From positions 689,105 through 753,104 of the forward strand of contig RQSC01000028.1 of NCBI GenBank assembly GCA_013416795.1: a stretch of DNA of 64,000 nucleotides, given 5' to 3'. A model generated the notes under the pieces. It made no database searches. It was not told where the DNA came from and saw only the letters and a program-made list of their open reading frames with translations. Shown here in pieces: positions 63,672 through 64,000 of the stretch. Made by a program: the position numbers and the translations under genes. Within the stretch, counting starts at the first letter, position 1; the number at the start of each line of letters is the position of its first letter. The DNA comes from Prasinococcaceae sp. CCMP 1430. Taxonomy: Eukaryota; Plantae; Prasinodermophyta.

Positions 63672-64000
63672 ATTACCAGCCTTGCATCCGTTATTCCAAT
63701 TGTAGGAAATGACGTTGTTGTCTGGCTGTGGGGAGGGTTTTCCGTGGATAACGCAACCTTGAACCGATTCTTTAGCCTTCACTACCTTCTTCCCTTTGTG
63801 ATTGCTGGACTTTCTATCCTTCACATTGCAGCCCTTCACCAGTATGGGTCAAACAACCCTGTGGGAGTTCCCTCACACACAGACAAGCATCCTTTGTACC
63901 CTCTTTTCTATGTGAAAGACCTTGTGGCCTGGTTGGTCTTTGCAATTATTTTCTCTTGCTTTGTCCATTATGCACCCAACTATTTGGGGCATGCGGATAA
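63672..64000 (+). CDS. cob: Mitochondrial cytochrome b, internal fragment (NUMT or mis-joined organellar contig)
   Basis: Open frame [61 protein letters not shown]; lower GC than flanks; not listed in the ORF track. Confidence 0.95.
   Translation, partial: MTSLASVIPIVGNDVVVWLWGGFSVDNATLNRFFSLHYLLPFVIAGLSILHIAALHQYGSNNPVGVPSHTDKHPLYPLFYVKDLVAWLVFAIIFSCFVHYAPNYLGHAD

Overview
Nuclear DNA of a very GC-rich eukaryote, most likely a prasinophyte-grade green alga (inference from glucan water dikinase, plastid MEP-pathway ispD, a selenocysteine GPx, TTTAGGG-type repeats and a plant-type cob). About 25 densely packed genes, many split by GT-AG introns filled with (GT)n/(CA)n/(GC)n microsatellite. 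It is a draft assembly with many N-gaps and single-N joins (13820, 32587, 33448, 61593, 63671), so several genes are partial; most long ORF-track entries are repeat or antisense artefacts. Recognisable genes: AspRS, ABCG, sulfotransferase, metacaspase, HPP transporter, PDX2, GWD, 2OG-Fe(II) oxygenase, Raf-like kinase, ORMDL, ACL4-like, USP, HMT1-type ABCB, UPF0114, BTB and SMP proteins, cytochrome b5, GPx, alpha/beta hydrolase, GDPD, atypical alkaline phosphatase, glycosyltransferase, HAD-IIA phosphatase and ispD. Highlights: a GPR155/LYCHOS-like PIN-transporter/GPCR-like fusion; a UGA-containing GPx with a clear SECIS; a two-TM DEG/ENaC/PAC-like orphan; a CDCA7-type zinc finger on a polytopic membrane protein; a SAP-like domain inside GWD; introns lacking polypyrimidine tracts but with complementary GU/CA arms; a 3+3 inverted motif array in a bidirectional promoter; an alphaproteobacterial mgtE fragment inside an algal gene; and a mitochondrial cob segment at the end. 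All homology calls are from motif recognition by eye; no searches were run.
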